Made by a program: the position numbers and the translations under genes. Shown one piece after another: positions 54,948 through 64,000 of a DNA stretch of 64,000 nucleotides (the first letter of the stretch is position 1; every line of letters begins with the position of its first letter). The DNA is taken from the IMG/VR virus record IMGVR_UViG_3300042562_001598, positions 186,001 through 250,000 of that record. The stretch is one strand, 5' to 3'. Below the pieces are notes generated by a model. The model was given only the letters and a program-made list of their open reading frames with translations. It was not told where the DNA came from and did no database searches.

Positions 54948-56840
54948 TTATAATTTTTTACCGTAAGCACTTGTAGGCATAGTTCCCGCTGGTGTCACAG
55001 ATAATACACCTAAAGCTATTTGTACTTTTCCATTTTCGGCTTCTTCTTTAGCCATTGCTTTCATTTGAGCGAATTTACTCAATACGTCCAAATTAGGACT
55101 ACCATCAGGCATTGAACCTGTGGGTACTCCCATTTTTTGTAATTCCTCTATCGTTCCCATAAAAGCTCTTGATTCAGAATAACCATCAAGTAACTGTGTT
55201 GCGAATAATAAAGGTAACGGTATGTCAAAACCGGGGGTTGTTAATAAATTTAACAGACCTAATAATTCATCAATTACACTTTTACATTTTCGCCAATCAC
55301 TAATGAACTTTGCAACAAGAAGTAATAACGATATTAACTTTAATATTATTATTAATCGTTTGTCCATTTTTTCTCTAATAATATCAGTAATAATTACTTG
55401 TAATAATCTTTGAATATCTTTTTTTATTAGATTAAATAATTCCTCAACAAATAAAGCTCCAATTTTGGATATTAAGTTTATTGCAAATTTTTTAAACTGT
55501 TTAATAAATTCAACAAATGAATTTATGATATCAGAAATATTTTGACCTAAAGCTTTTAACATTGTAAAAATAGGTAAAAGTATTTTTGGTGATAATAAAG
55601 CGGATATTAAACCTTGAGCAATTAATTTAACAAAATTTAAATCTACAGCGGCTTGAGCATTAATTGTAAGACCCCATTCTGGGTTATTAGCTAAAACATT
55701 AGTTAAATTATCCGCGGCGTCAACAAAATCTTCGTCTTTAACGAATTTTAAATTACTTAATTCACTTAAGATTGTATCATAATCAACAGGGACTTTAATG
55801 TCATCACAACCCTCAAATTCAATAACACCATTTTTAATATTTGTTACTCTTTGGTCTATTTTTCTTAAATCAACATCCGTAAATTCAAAAAAAGATTCAT
55901 CAATACCATCAAGTTCAGCTAATTTAGCAATACCACTTACATCAATTTCATTTCTCCCGTCAAAACAAAGTCCTAAAATTCTTTGAATTAAAATATCTAA
56001 TTTTGTTTGATTTTCAACATCTCCAAATCCAGCACTCGCTTTCATAGAAACAGCTCCAGACAACGCTTCCATAATATTAGTCATAATATTATTAGCGTCA
56101 ACAACTTTAATAGTTTTGTAATAGTCAGACATAAATTGACCAACTTTATTAACACCATTAACCCTATTAACTAAATCAACTTTATACCAAGGTCCTGTTT
56201 CACCAGCAGGAGTAGTTTCAACATATTGGATGTTAAATAAATCCTGTCCTGATAAACCTTTATAGTTTTTACCAGTATAATCAACATTATAAGGTTGACC
56301 AGATTGTATTCTTTGATATAACTCCCTGTTCATTGCGAAAGGGTATGTTTGTACATTTATCTGATTTTTTTCATATAAAACATCTCCAGGACTTTCAGTC
56401 GGTTTTTTTTTAAGAAGATTTCCTAAATCAATAGAACTTACTTTAATATAGTGTGTTCCTCCAGCGTATAATTGTTGTTGGTCACAACCAACAGCGTTTA
56501 ACGATTCTTTTATTACAATACTAGATATTTTAGGTTCAATATTTTGTAGTGCTTTAATTAATAGTCTTTTAACATATTTTGTGGTATTACTACCCTGACT
56601 AGAACTAGCTTGATTAATATCTAAAAGTTTTTCAAATTGGGTTTTAATTCCTTTTTGATAACTTTTAGTTTTATCTTTAATTTTATTTAATTGGTCAGTA
56701 ACTTCTTTTTTATTTTTTTCAATAGAATCACCAATACCTTTTTTAGTGTCACTATATTGAGACTTTAACTCACCATAAGCTTTACTCGCTTCAATTTTAC
56801 TTTGAGCTTTATTAAAGTCGTAGTTTATATCAAATCCCAT
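54948..56840 (-). CDS. Large hypothetical protein (baseplate region)
   Basis: 630-aa ORF. Confidence 0.65.
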   Translation of the reverse strand: MGFDINYDFNKAQSKIEASKAYGELKSQYSDTKKGIGDSIEKNKKEVTDQLNKIKDKTKSYQKGIKTQFEKLLDINQASSSQGSNTTKYVKRLLIKALQNIEPKISSIVIKESLNAVGCDQQQLYAGGTHYIKVSSIDLGNLLKKKPTESPGDVLYEKNQINVQTYPFAMNRELYQRIQSGQPYNVDYTGKNYKGLSGQDLFNIQYVETTPAGETGPWYKVDLVNRVNGVNKVGQFMSDYYKTIKVVDANNIMTNIMEALSGAVSMKASAGFGDVENQTKLDILIQRILGLCFDGRNEIDVSGIAKLAELDGIDESFFEFTDVDLRKIDQRVTNIKNGVIEFEGCDDIKVPVDYDTILSELSNLKFVKDEDFVDAADNLTNVLANNPEWGLTINAQAAVDLNFVKLIAQGLISALLSPKILLPIFTMLKALGQNISDIINSFVEFIKQFKKFAINLISKIGALFVEELFNLIKKDIQRLLQVIITDIIREKMDKRLIIILKLISLLLLVAKFISDWRKCKSVIDELLGLLNLLTTPGFDIPLPLLFATQLLDGYSESRAFMGTIEELQKMGVPTGSMPDGSPNLDVLSKFAQMKAMAKEEAENGKVQIALGVLSVTPAGTMPTSAYGKKL

Positions 56841-56843
56841 ATA

Positions 56844-57221
56844 TTATTGTTTTTTAATTTTATATATGTCATCAGAATTTGAAACATCCTTATCTATTAA
56901 ATTTTTAAGAGTTTCGTCATCAACACCCAAATCCAAGATAGAAAAACTTTCTTGATTATTATTAGATTTTTCCCACATACTAGACTGTAGTTTAGATAAT
57001 GTTAATTTTTTTTCAACACAATCATTGATGATTTTTTGTTGTTTCTCAATGACAGGACCAATAAGAGTCATATCTTCAGGGTCCTTCATCATTGTCAACA
57101 TTTTATTTTGAATTCTAATCGCGGTATTTCTTTGTTCAACAAGTTCATTGTAAATCTCTTGCATAAGAGATAACATAGAATCTTTAGTTAAATTAATTTC
57201 TTTTTTTTTCGGTCTTCCCAT
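56844..57221 (-). CDS. Hypothetical coiled-coil protein
   Basis: ORF track. Confidence 0.65.
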   Translation of the reverse strand: MGRPKKKEINLTKDSMLSLMQEIYNELVEQRNTAIRIQNKMLTMMKDPEDMTLIGPVIEKQQKIINDCVEKKLTLSKLQSSMWEKSNNNQESFSILDLGVDDETLKNLIDKDVSNSDDIYKIKKQ

Positions 57222-57276
57222 AATATATAATTACTTACTACTTAATTTATTTTTTAATAATTAAAATTAATTCGTT

Positions 57277-58026
57277 TTATTTAACCATATTTTGAATTAA
57301 ATCATAATACATATATTTGTATCGTTTCATCGAACCTCTTACCTCTTTGGTTGTTAAATTTGTCATTTCTCTTAATGACAATAAAATAATATTTTTATTA
57401 AATTTATTATTATCATTACCAATAAATATTTGTTCATAGTTACCAAAAATATCATATAAAGCTTGACCTAACTTAACTTCATTTTCTGTTAAGTTATTGT
57501 TTTTAAGTGTTGTATCTAACTCTAATAAGAATTTTGCAATAACATTTCCGGAATCTAAAGAATCGTTCTCAATACTATATGAAAACATTTCATCATTTTC
57601 TATACTTGATGAAATGTCCTCATAAGAAATTTTTCTATTAGTCTCCTTTTGGTCTTTAATAATTTGTCCCATTAAGTAATTCTTACAAATGGTTCCAAAA
57701 TAAGAATACGCCTTTTTTTCCTTGTCCGGTTTAAACTTATCTATTTTAGTCATTAAAAACGAGTGAGTATCTACATGAATATCATTGAAATCCATATCTT
57801 TTCTGTATAATTTGTATCGTCTAATAATTGACGATATCATCTTATCTAAAGGTTTTTTTAAAAAATCGTTATAAATTTTATTTTTTTCTTCATATGTTTT
57901 AGCATTTAGAAAATCTATAACTGCCAACTCTTCCCTAATATCAAAATAGTTAGTTTGAGTTGGCTTTCTACCTTTCTTTTTTAACTCAACAATTGTTATA
58001 CCTGTCAAATTAATTTCAAGATTCAT
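57277..58026 (-). CDS. Phage sigma factor (gp55-like late sigma)
   Basis: Region-2-like KIDKFKPDKEKKAYSYFGTICKNYL. Confidence 0.65.
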   Translation of the reverse strand: MNLEINLTGITIVELKKKGRKPTQTNYFDIREELAVIDFLNAKTYEEKNKIYNDFLKKPLDKMISSIIRRYKLYRKDMDFNDIHVDTHSFLMTKIDKFKPDKEKKAYSYFGTICKNYLMGQIIKDQKETNRKISYEDISSSIENDEMFSYSIENDSLDSGNVIAKFLLELDTTLKNNNLTENEVKLGQALYDIFGNYEQIFIGNDNNKFNKNIILLSLREMTNLTTKEVRGSMKRYKYMYYDLIQNMVK

Positions 58027-58838
58027 TAAACTTCTTGTGGTTCGTAACTTAACGACCTGTCATTTGTGAAGAAGTATTCTTTTTTGGCTGAATCAATCCA
58101 AAATTTAACTTCGTCATTGGTTAATGTGGTTTCACCATTTTTATAATTCCAAAAAATAGAACCTTGTCTTAAATTAACATGCTTGTATCCAATTCTTGGG
58201 ATAGACATAATCTTAACAGCATTATGTGTTAATCTCAATAAAAATTCATATCCAAAAGTTAATTTAAAAGATGATTTTAATTTTCCAAATTCAAGGAAAG
58301 TTTCTTTCTTAATTACCATTCCAGATGTTTGGAAATTTTGATAATCGTGTAAAGTTTCATTAGTTAAAATACCCATTTCAGATGTAAAGTTAGCTGCGAA
58401 TGTTGCTTCATTTGTAAATCCAGCAAAAACACCTTTCTCGTCCGTATCAATTACAACTGGTAAAAATACAGATACTTCAGGGTAAGCTTCGGAATATTTA
58501 ACAACATTTTTAACCCAAATATTTGAATATTCATCATCAAATTCAAACAATGTAACCCATTTAGAGGTTGCTAAACTAACTCCGTGGTTAATTTGGTCAG
58601 CATAATTAGGTTCATTAGTCCATTCATGTTTAACAACATTTAAATCACCAAAATTAAAATTATTAAGGTAATCGACTAAATAAGTTTCATTAGTATGAAC
58701 AATAACAAGTTCGTTTATCGCAACTTTTTGAGTTTTTAATGACTCAATACATTTTTCAAAGTAATCTACAAATCCAATAGTTTTACCTGATTTTATTGGT
58801 AATATAACCGAAATACTAAAAGTGTTTTTATTTTCCAT
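58026..58838 (-). CDS. Glycosyltransferase family 2
   Basis: ISVILP, NHGVSLATSKWVTLFEFDD. Confidence 0.8.
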   Translation of the reverse strand: MENKNTFSISVILPIKSGKTIGFVDYFEKCIESLKTQKVAINELVIVHTNETYLVDYLNNFNFGDLNVVKHEWTNEPNYADQINHGVSLATSKWVTLFEFDDEYSNIWVKNVVKYSEAYPEVSVFLPVVIDTDEKGVFAGFTNEATFAANFTSEMGILTNETLHDYQNFQTSGMVIKKETFLEFGKLKSSFKLTFGYEFLLRLTHNAVKIMSIPRIGYKHVNLRQGSIFWNYKNGETTLTNDEVKFWIDSAKKEYFFTNDRSLSYEPQEV

Positions 58839-58839
58839 A

Positions 58840-59901
58840 TTATTCTTCAATTGTGTTTAGTTTAGGTAATTGTTCTTCAAATGAGTTTAATCTTGTTGAA
58901 ATATAACCCTCAAATAAAGTAACCACTTGTTTATTAAAATTTTCAGTTGTTGGTAAATTCTCAACAGTTTTTAACATTTCAGTTTCCAACTCTTCATTTA
59001 CATTATCTTCTAACCAATTTTGTAAAAAGTCAGCAATATAATCAACCATTTGATTTTTATTATTAATCCAAACTCCGTTAGTTTCTGTCATCCATTCCGG
59101 TACTAAATTAGGTGCTAAACCTAAAACAGGAACATTTGATTTCATTGATTCTAATGGGTAAGTACCATAACCACTTGTTTCATCAATCCATACAGATAAG
59201 AAACATTCGTTAAGAGCTCCAGCAAATTCTTTTTCAGATAAACCTCTCATATCTCTAAAAGTTATCCATCTATATTGTGGAAATTTAATATAAAAAGCTT
59301 TAATTACATTAATAGAATCTCTTTGTTCTCTTGAATGAATAGCAATCATTGGTTTTGCAGGTAGAGTATGTGGTTTGAAACTGTCAGAAATAACAGGTTC
59401 TAAAATATCAAAAGAAACATTTCTCATAACATTCTCAATAAATTCTTTTTGTTTTGCGGATGTTGTAATACATTTAAAGAAACCTAATTGAGACCATGTT
59501 TGTCCTGGTTGTAATGTTTCTAAAATATGGTCGTAAGCTTGACATAATACAATTTTACCACAAGGTAATTTTGAAATTTGTTCCATTATAAAACCATAAA
59601 GTTCAGGTAAAACAATAAAATCTTCCGGAGAAACTTCCAAGTTTTGTCCTTCAATTGCTGTATGAGGTAGTTCCATATACTCAGTTCCTAACCATTCACC
59701 AACACCTACATAATCCGGTTTTTCGTGCAACATAATAGGGTTGTAACCATTATTTTTTAACGCCATAGCTAATTTGTAGATATAGGTTAAAGACGCTTTT
59801 GCGTTTCCTTTAGTGTCTTGAACTAGAAGATAAATCCTTGATTTCTTATTCTTCATGTTTTCAATTGACAATTCTAATTTTGAAATTTGTTCTTGTGTCA
59901 T
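58840..59901 (-). CDS. GT-B glycosyltransferase-like protein
   Basis: VLPELY; SGYGTYPLESMKSNVPV. Confidence 0.65.
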   Translation of the reverse strand: MTQEQISKLELSIENMKNKKSRIYLLVQDTKGNAKASLTYIYKLAMALKNNGYNPIMLHEKPDYVGVGEWLGTEYMELPHTAIEGQNLEVSPEDFIVLPELYGFIMEQISKLPCGKIVLCQAYDHILETLQPGQTWSQLGFFKCITTSAKQKEFIENVMRNVSFDILEPVISDSFKPHTLPAKPMIAIHSREQRDSINVIKAFYIKFPQYRWITFRDMRGLSEKEFAGALNECFLSVWIDETSGYGTYPLESMKSNVPVLGLAPNLVPEWMTETNGVWINNKNQMVDYIADFLQNWLEDNVNEELETEMLKTVENLPTTENFNKQVVTLFEGYISTRLNSFEEQLPKLNTIEE

Positions 59902-59907
59902 TTTTAG

Positions 59908-60180
59908 TTAATATTTATTTATTAATTTTTTATTTAATAGTGTGTTAAACGCTAACTTGAAGGGAATAGATAATTCATTACTTTTAACACCTAAATTTTC
60001 GTCAATCTCATCACTTTCAGTCATGATTACCTCTAACATTAATTTTACCGTTTCATATTTGATAATACTAATATGATTAACATCCGTATCTCCAGTAAAT
60101 TTTACGTCTTGTTTAACCTGTAAATATTCATCAACTTTATCTAAATCAATAAAATAATGTTCGTTTAAAATTTTTAACAT
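59908..60180 (-). CDS. Hypothetical protein
   Basis: ORF track. Confidence 0.65.
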   Translation of the reverse strand: MLKILNEHYFIDLDKVDEYLQVKQDVKFTGDTDVNHISIIKYETVKLMLEVIMTESDEIDENLGVKSNELSIPFKLAFNTLLNKKLINKY

Positions 60181-60776
60181 TTTGTTATTTCTTTAATTTT
60201 TTCACTCAATTCAATTATTGAAGTTATTGTATGAGTGGAGTTTATTTCCTTATTATATTCTGTCTCAAATTTTATGACTTTTTTATTTTCAGGATATTCT
60301 AATAATAAGTCAGGATTTGATGTAAGTAAAACATCAATTTCATCCCACATAGAATTAATTGTTAAATTACTGTAAAATTTTACTTTTTCTAATTGACACC
60401 CAAATTTAGATAAGAAAAACAACGATGCAGGTTTAGATTTTCCTATCTCATCCGAAACAACACAAAAGTCGTGTTCGTCTCTTAATTGGACATAAATATC
60501 ATTTAAGGTGTTAAATGTTGCGTATTCTGTTGATTGTGAATGGCCAAATATTTCCATAGGGAATTCTTCATATAAGAATGAATATAACTCATCATCATCA
60601 ACAAAAGTAAAATGATTTTGTAAATTTAACGAATTCACTGGGGTTGTTATTTCATACTTAAAAGTGTCTGAATCTTCAAGGCCTTCAGTCTTATCAATCA
60701 TAAATTTTTGATAAGTTTGCTCAATCTTATCTAAAGTATTTCGTAATACTCCATTAATTTCAATACCTATTCTCAT
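60174..60776 (-). CDS. HAD/5'-nucleotidase-fold protein with degenerate active site
   Basis: RIGIEINGVLR in place of xxxxDxDGVL. Confidence 0.6.
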   Translation of the reverse strand: MRIGIEINGVLRNTLDKIEQTYQKFMIDKTEGLEDSDTFKYEITTPVNSLNLQNHFTFVDDDELYSFLYEEFPMEIFGHSQSTEYATFNTLNDIYVQLRDEHDFCVVSDEIGKSKPASLFFLSKFGCQLEKVKFYSNLTINSMWDEIDVLLTSNPDLLLEYPENKKVIKFETEYNKEINSTHTITSIIELSEKIKEITKC

Positions 60777-60903
60777 TGTTAATTTTTTATATTTAATGAA
60801 TAAATGAATAGTTTTTTTAATAAAATTTTCAGATATTAATGTTAATATAATAAAAAAACCCCATAAATCAAGTAGCTATGGGGTTTTAAATAATAAAAAT
60901 ATT

Positions 60904-61644
60904 TTATTGTTCTTCGTATTTTGTTAATATTTTACTGATTAATGGGTTTCTAACGATATCTTTTTTATCTTTGAACTCAAAAACTGCGATTGAATCGTTA
61001 TCTCTAAATTTATCAATTGCGTCCCATAAACCACTTTGTTTTTTATCTCTATACTTATCGGATTGTTCAATATCTCCGGAGATAAAAAATTTACTATTGT
61101 AACCAATTCTAGTTAATAATAATTTCATTTGACTTGGTGACGCATTTTGACCTTCTTCAAATAATAGTATTGAATTATCAATATTCATTCCTCTCATAAA
61201 TGCTAAAGCAAAAACTTCAATAACTTCAATCTCTTTAAGTTTTTCTCTATTTTCCTTTCCAATGATTTTATTTAATAAATAATATGATGGGAAAATATAA
61301 GGGTCCAATTTTTCTTCAACATTACCAGGAAGACTTCCTAATTTTTCTTCTGCTTCTACAGCTGGTCTAACAATGATAATTTTTTCATAAGGACTCGTTG
61401 GGTCGGCAATCAAATCAACGGCTGCCTTCATAGTTATATAACTTTTTCCAACACCGGCTGGACCTGAACATATTGTTATTTCATTCTCTATTAATGTTTC
61501 ATAATATCGTTTTTGATTTTCAGTTAAAAACTTGTCTTTAGTTCTTCGTTTTATTATTTGAGCAATCAATTCTTTTTTGTTAACAATTTTTTTAGGTTCA
61601 TCATTTGATGGTCCTTGTTGAGTCGGCTTTTTAGCTCTTGTCAT
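60904..61644 (-). CDS. phoH: PhoH-family ATPase
   Basis: GPAGVGKS, RPAVE, LPG, MRG, EEGQN, LTRIG, SGD, VRNP. Confidence 0.93.
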   Translation of the reverse strand: MTRAKKPTQQGPSNDEPKKIVNKKELIAQIIKRRTKDKFLTENQKRYYETLIENEITICSGPAGVGKSYITMKAAVDLIADPTSPYEKIIIVRPAVEAEEKLGSLPGNVEEKLDPYIFPSYYLLNKIIGKENREKLKEIEVIEVFALAFMRGMNIDNSILLFEEGQNASPSQMKLLLTRIGYNSKFFISGDIEQSDKYRDKKQSGLWDAIDKFRDNDSIAVFEFKDKKDIVRNPLISKILTKYEEQ

Positions 61645-61654
61645 AATTTTTAGT

Positions 61655-62641
61655 TTAAGTTTTATAAACATTCAACCAATACTCTACCATTTCATCTAAC
61701 ATACTCTCAAAAGTATAATCGTGAGACCATCCGGTCGTATTGATTAATTTGGTTGAATCGCCTTTAAGATTATGAAGTTCTTCAGGTCTTAAAAACTTTT
61801 CATCTTGTTTAACATAAATAGTCCAATCTAAATTTAATTTATTAAAAACATACTCACATAAATCTTTTACTGAATGAGAAATACCTGTTGAACATACATA
61901 ATCGTCAGGTTTATCCAATTGTAGAATTTCCCACATCGCTTTAACATAGTCCTTCGCATGACCCCAATCTCTGGTTGCATCTAAATTACCTAATTTTAAT
62001 TCATTAGATAATCCGAGTTTAATTTTTACCGCTTCCTTACATACTTTATTTGTAACAAAATTCGTACCTCTTCTTGGTGATTCGTGATTAAATAATATCC
62101 CGTTTGAGATAAACATTCCGTAGGAATTTCTATAGTTTCTACAAATGTTATAACTAAAAACCTTTGCACAACCATAAGGCGATACTGGATTAAGGGGTGT
62201 TGTTTCTCTTTGGAAACCGTCAGAATCTATTGAATTACCGAACATCTCTGAAGATGAGGCTTGGTATATCTTCGTATTTGGTTTAATTAATTTAACGGCT
62301 TCTAATATATTTAGGGTTCCAATTCCTGTGACATTAGCGGTATATAATGGCTGGTCAAATGAAATTCTAACATGTGATTGAGCAGCTAGATTATATATTT
62401 CATCGGGTTGTGATTCTTGTATTACACGTATTAATGATGCTAAATCTGTTAAATCAGCATAGTGTAACTTAAGTTTATCATAAACATTATTTAATCTTGA
62501 AGTCTGATTTTCAGAAACAGAATTTCGTTTTAATGTTCCGTGAACTTCATATCCTTTCTCAAGTAATAATTCAGATAGGTAGGACCCATCTTGACCATTA
62601 ATCCCAAATATTAGGGCGATTTTATTTTCGTATATTTTCAT
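61655..62641 (-). CDS. gmd: GDP-mannose 4,6-dehydratase
   Basis: GINGQDGSYL, LAAQSHV, QASSSEMFG, YGCAK, NHESPRRG. Confidence 0.96.
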   Translation of the reverse strand: MKIYENKIALIFGINGQDGSYLSELLLEKGYEVHGTLKRNSVSENQTSRLNNVYDKLKLHYADLTDLASLIRVIQESQPDEIYNLAAQSHVRISFDQPLYTANVTGIGTLNILEAVKLIKPNTKIYQASSSEMFGNSIDSDGFQRETTPLNPVSPYGCAKVFSYNICRNYRNSYGMFISNGILFNHESPRRGTNFVTNKVCKEAVKIKLGLSNELKLGNLDATRDWGHAKDYVKAMWEILQLDKPDDYVCSTGISHSVKDLCEYVFNKLNLDWTIYVKQDEKFLRPEELHNLKGDSTKLINTTGWSHDYTFESMLDEMVEYWLNVYKT

Positions 62642-63524
62642 AATTTTGATTAAACCAATTAATTGTTTCTTTTACCCCTTCTTCTATTGGTGTGAATTTG
62701 AAATCCGGTAAATAAGATTTTAATTTACTATTATCTGAAGGTTTTCTAAATTGACCATCAGGTTTTGTATCATCAAAAATAACTTTACCCTTAAAATTAA
62801 ATTCTTTTACCAATAAATCAACTAAATTAATAATACTTATTTCTTGAGAAGGACTAAAGATTATTGGTTCAGATTCATTATAATTTTCTACAGCCCATTC
62901 CGATAAACGAGCAACATCTTTAGAAAAAATAAACTCCCTTAACGGTTTTCCTGAACCCCAAACTGTAAAATCTGAATTATTTTTTTTAGCTAAATATATT
63001 TTATGGATTAACATCGGTATAACGTGACCATGTTCTAATGAAAAGTTATCATTAGGGCCATAAATATTAGTAGGTATAACAGAAGTATAGTTAAGACCAT
63101 ATTGTTCTCTATATGCTCTTATTTGAACGTCAGCCATTCTTTTAGCATAAGCATAAGGGTAATTAGAAAAGTGTGGTTCACCTAAATGAATTTTATCTTC
63201 AGTTAATGGATAACTAACATTATCAGGGAATACGCATGTAGATAAAAAACAAACCAAATTTTTAACATTTGATTTTCTTGCCGATTCAATAACATTAGTG
63301 TTAATCATTATGTTATCGTAAAAATATTCACCTTTATAATTCATATTACCACCAACACCACCAACTTTACCAGCACAATGAATAACATGTGTAGGTTTTT
63401 CCGTGTTGAACATTCCAAGAGTATCGGAGGGGTTTATTAGATTAATTTCACGACCGATTTTAATATCTGATATTATTGATGACCCAACTAACCCATTTGA
63501 ACCTGTAACCAAAAGTTTTTTCAT
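62622..63524 (-). CDS. fcl: GDP-L-fucose synthase
   Basis: GSNGLVG, AGKVGG, STCVFP, YAYAK, WGSGKPLREF. Confidence 0.95.
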   Translation of the reverse strand: MKKLLVTGSNGLVGSSIISDIKIGREINLINPSDTLGMFNTEKPTHVIHCAGKVGGVGGNMNYKGEYFYDNIMINTNVIESARKSNVKNLVCFLSTCVFPDNVSYPLTEDKIHLGEPHFSNYPYAYAKRMADVQIRAYREQYGLNYTSVIPTNIYGPNDNFSLEHGHVIPMLIHKIYLAKKNNSDFTVWGSGKPLREFIFSKDVARLSEWAVENYNESEPIIFSPSQEISIINLVDLLVKEFNFKGKVIFDDTKPDGQFRKPSDNSKLKSYLPDFKFTPIEEGVKETINWFNQNYENIRK

Positions 63525-63530
63525 ATTATT

Positions 63531-64000
63531 TTATTTATAAATTTCATAAAATTTATTAACAGAATTCAGAACATTTTCACATTTAATAACTTCATAAGTT
63601 ATTATTTTACCATATTTTAATTTTTTAATATGGTTAGAAAAGTTAATATGAAAATTAAAATTTTTAATTATTTCTAATTTATTTTCCGATATATGAATAT
63701 GGTTAATGTATGTATAATATTTTTCAAAATCAATTATTGGGTCAGAATTCTCTAAAATAATATTATGAGTATCAATCATAGTTTTTATATTATTTAGTTT
63801 ATTTTTAGTAATAAACTCAACAATTTCAGATACTGTGAAAAAATAGTCTCCACCATATATTTTTGAATTAGGTTCTATTGAGATTTGTATCCCAGTTCCT
63901 TCCAAAATAAGGTCTAATTCTTTAAAAACTTTAGTTAAATGTTCTTCCCATCCTTCATATTTTTTTCTAAGTCCAGGTGACCCAAAAACTAAAATTTTTG
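63531..64000 (-). CDS. Sugar-phosphate isomerase/epimerase (xylose-isomerase-like TIM barrel), 5'-truncated by window
   Basis: LVFGSP, IEPN, MIDTHN, HIHISE, YE motifs; frame stays open to the window edge. Confidence 0.75.
   Translation of the reverse strand, partial: KILVFGSPGLRKKYEGWEEHLTKVFKELDLILEGTGIQISIEPNSKIYGGDYFFTVSEIVEFITKNKLNNIKTMIDTHNIILENSDPIIDFEKYYTYINHIHISENKLEIIKNFNFHINFSNHIKKLKYGKIITYEVIKCENVLNSVNKFYEIYK

Noticed and set aside
30352-55986. Short antisense or alternate-frame ORFs inside long genes (e.g. 30352, 31735, 35065, 41444, 44236, 51146, 55222)
   Set aside because: Shadow ORFs of strongly biased coding strands.
1-64000. Stop-codon reassignment as in some Bacteroidota jumbo phages
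   Set aside because: Core genes are uninterrupted in code 11, TAG and TGA end genes at sensible positions, and no suppressor tRNA was seen.

Overview
AT-rich segment of a T4-like jumbo myophage in standard genetic code. The host is very probably Bacteroidota: TAnnTTTG -7 promoters are frequent, there are Bacteroidota-type lipoproteins, and the tmRNA tag starts GE. Left to right the window holds: (1) late-promoter genes for probable head-packaged proteins (0.2-7.4 kb); (2) an ~8 kb RNA-rich island (7.9-15.8 kb) with ~17 tRNAs, at least 13 anticodon-less tRNA-shaped RNAs (7 sharing one AGTCAGG/CCTGACT acceptor + T-arm scaffold around unrelated structured cores), several unexplained structured RNAs and two leader-peptide/terminator units; (3) RNA repair genes (Rnl1 ligase, cREC receiver) and lysis/cell-wall genes; (4) an ~870-nt highly structured GOLLD-sized ncRNA, SmpB and a tmRNA with an atypical 21-aa tag; (5) a recombination-scarred cargo hotspot between a peptidase and an N-domain-less ClpC with a divergent double-UVR partner; (6) the head module (terminase, portal, prohead protease, scaffold, major capsid) followed by a free-standing homing endonuclease; (7) baseplate/spike genes, a late sigma factor, PhoH and a GDP-fucose/glycosyltransferase cluster. 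The two strongest candidates for undescribed systems are the tRNA-scaffold RNA array with swappable cores and a family of unrelated cargo proteins sharing a promoter + 'EEKxRILxxH...[IL]xEQ' leader that looks like a modular capsid-loading tag. All calls were made by eye without database searches, so coordinates of non-coding features may be off by a few nt.
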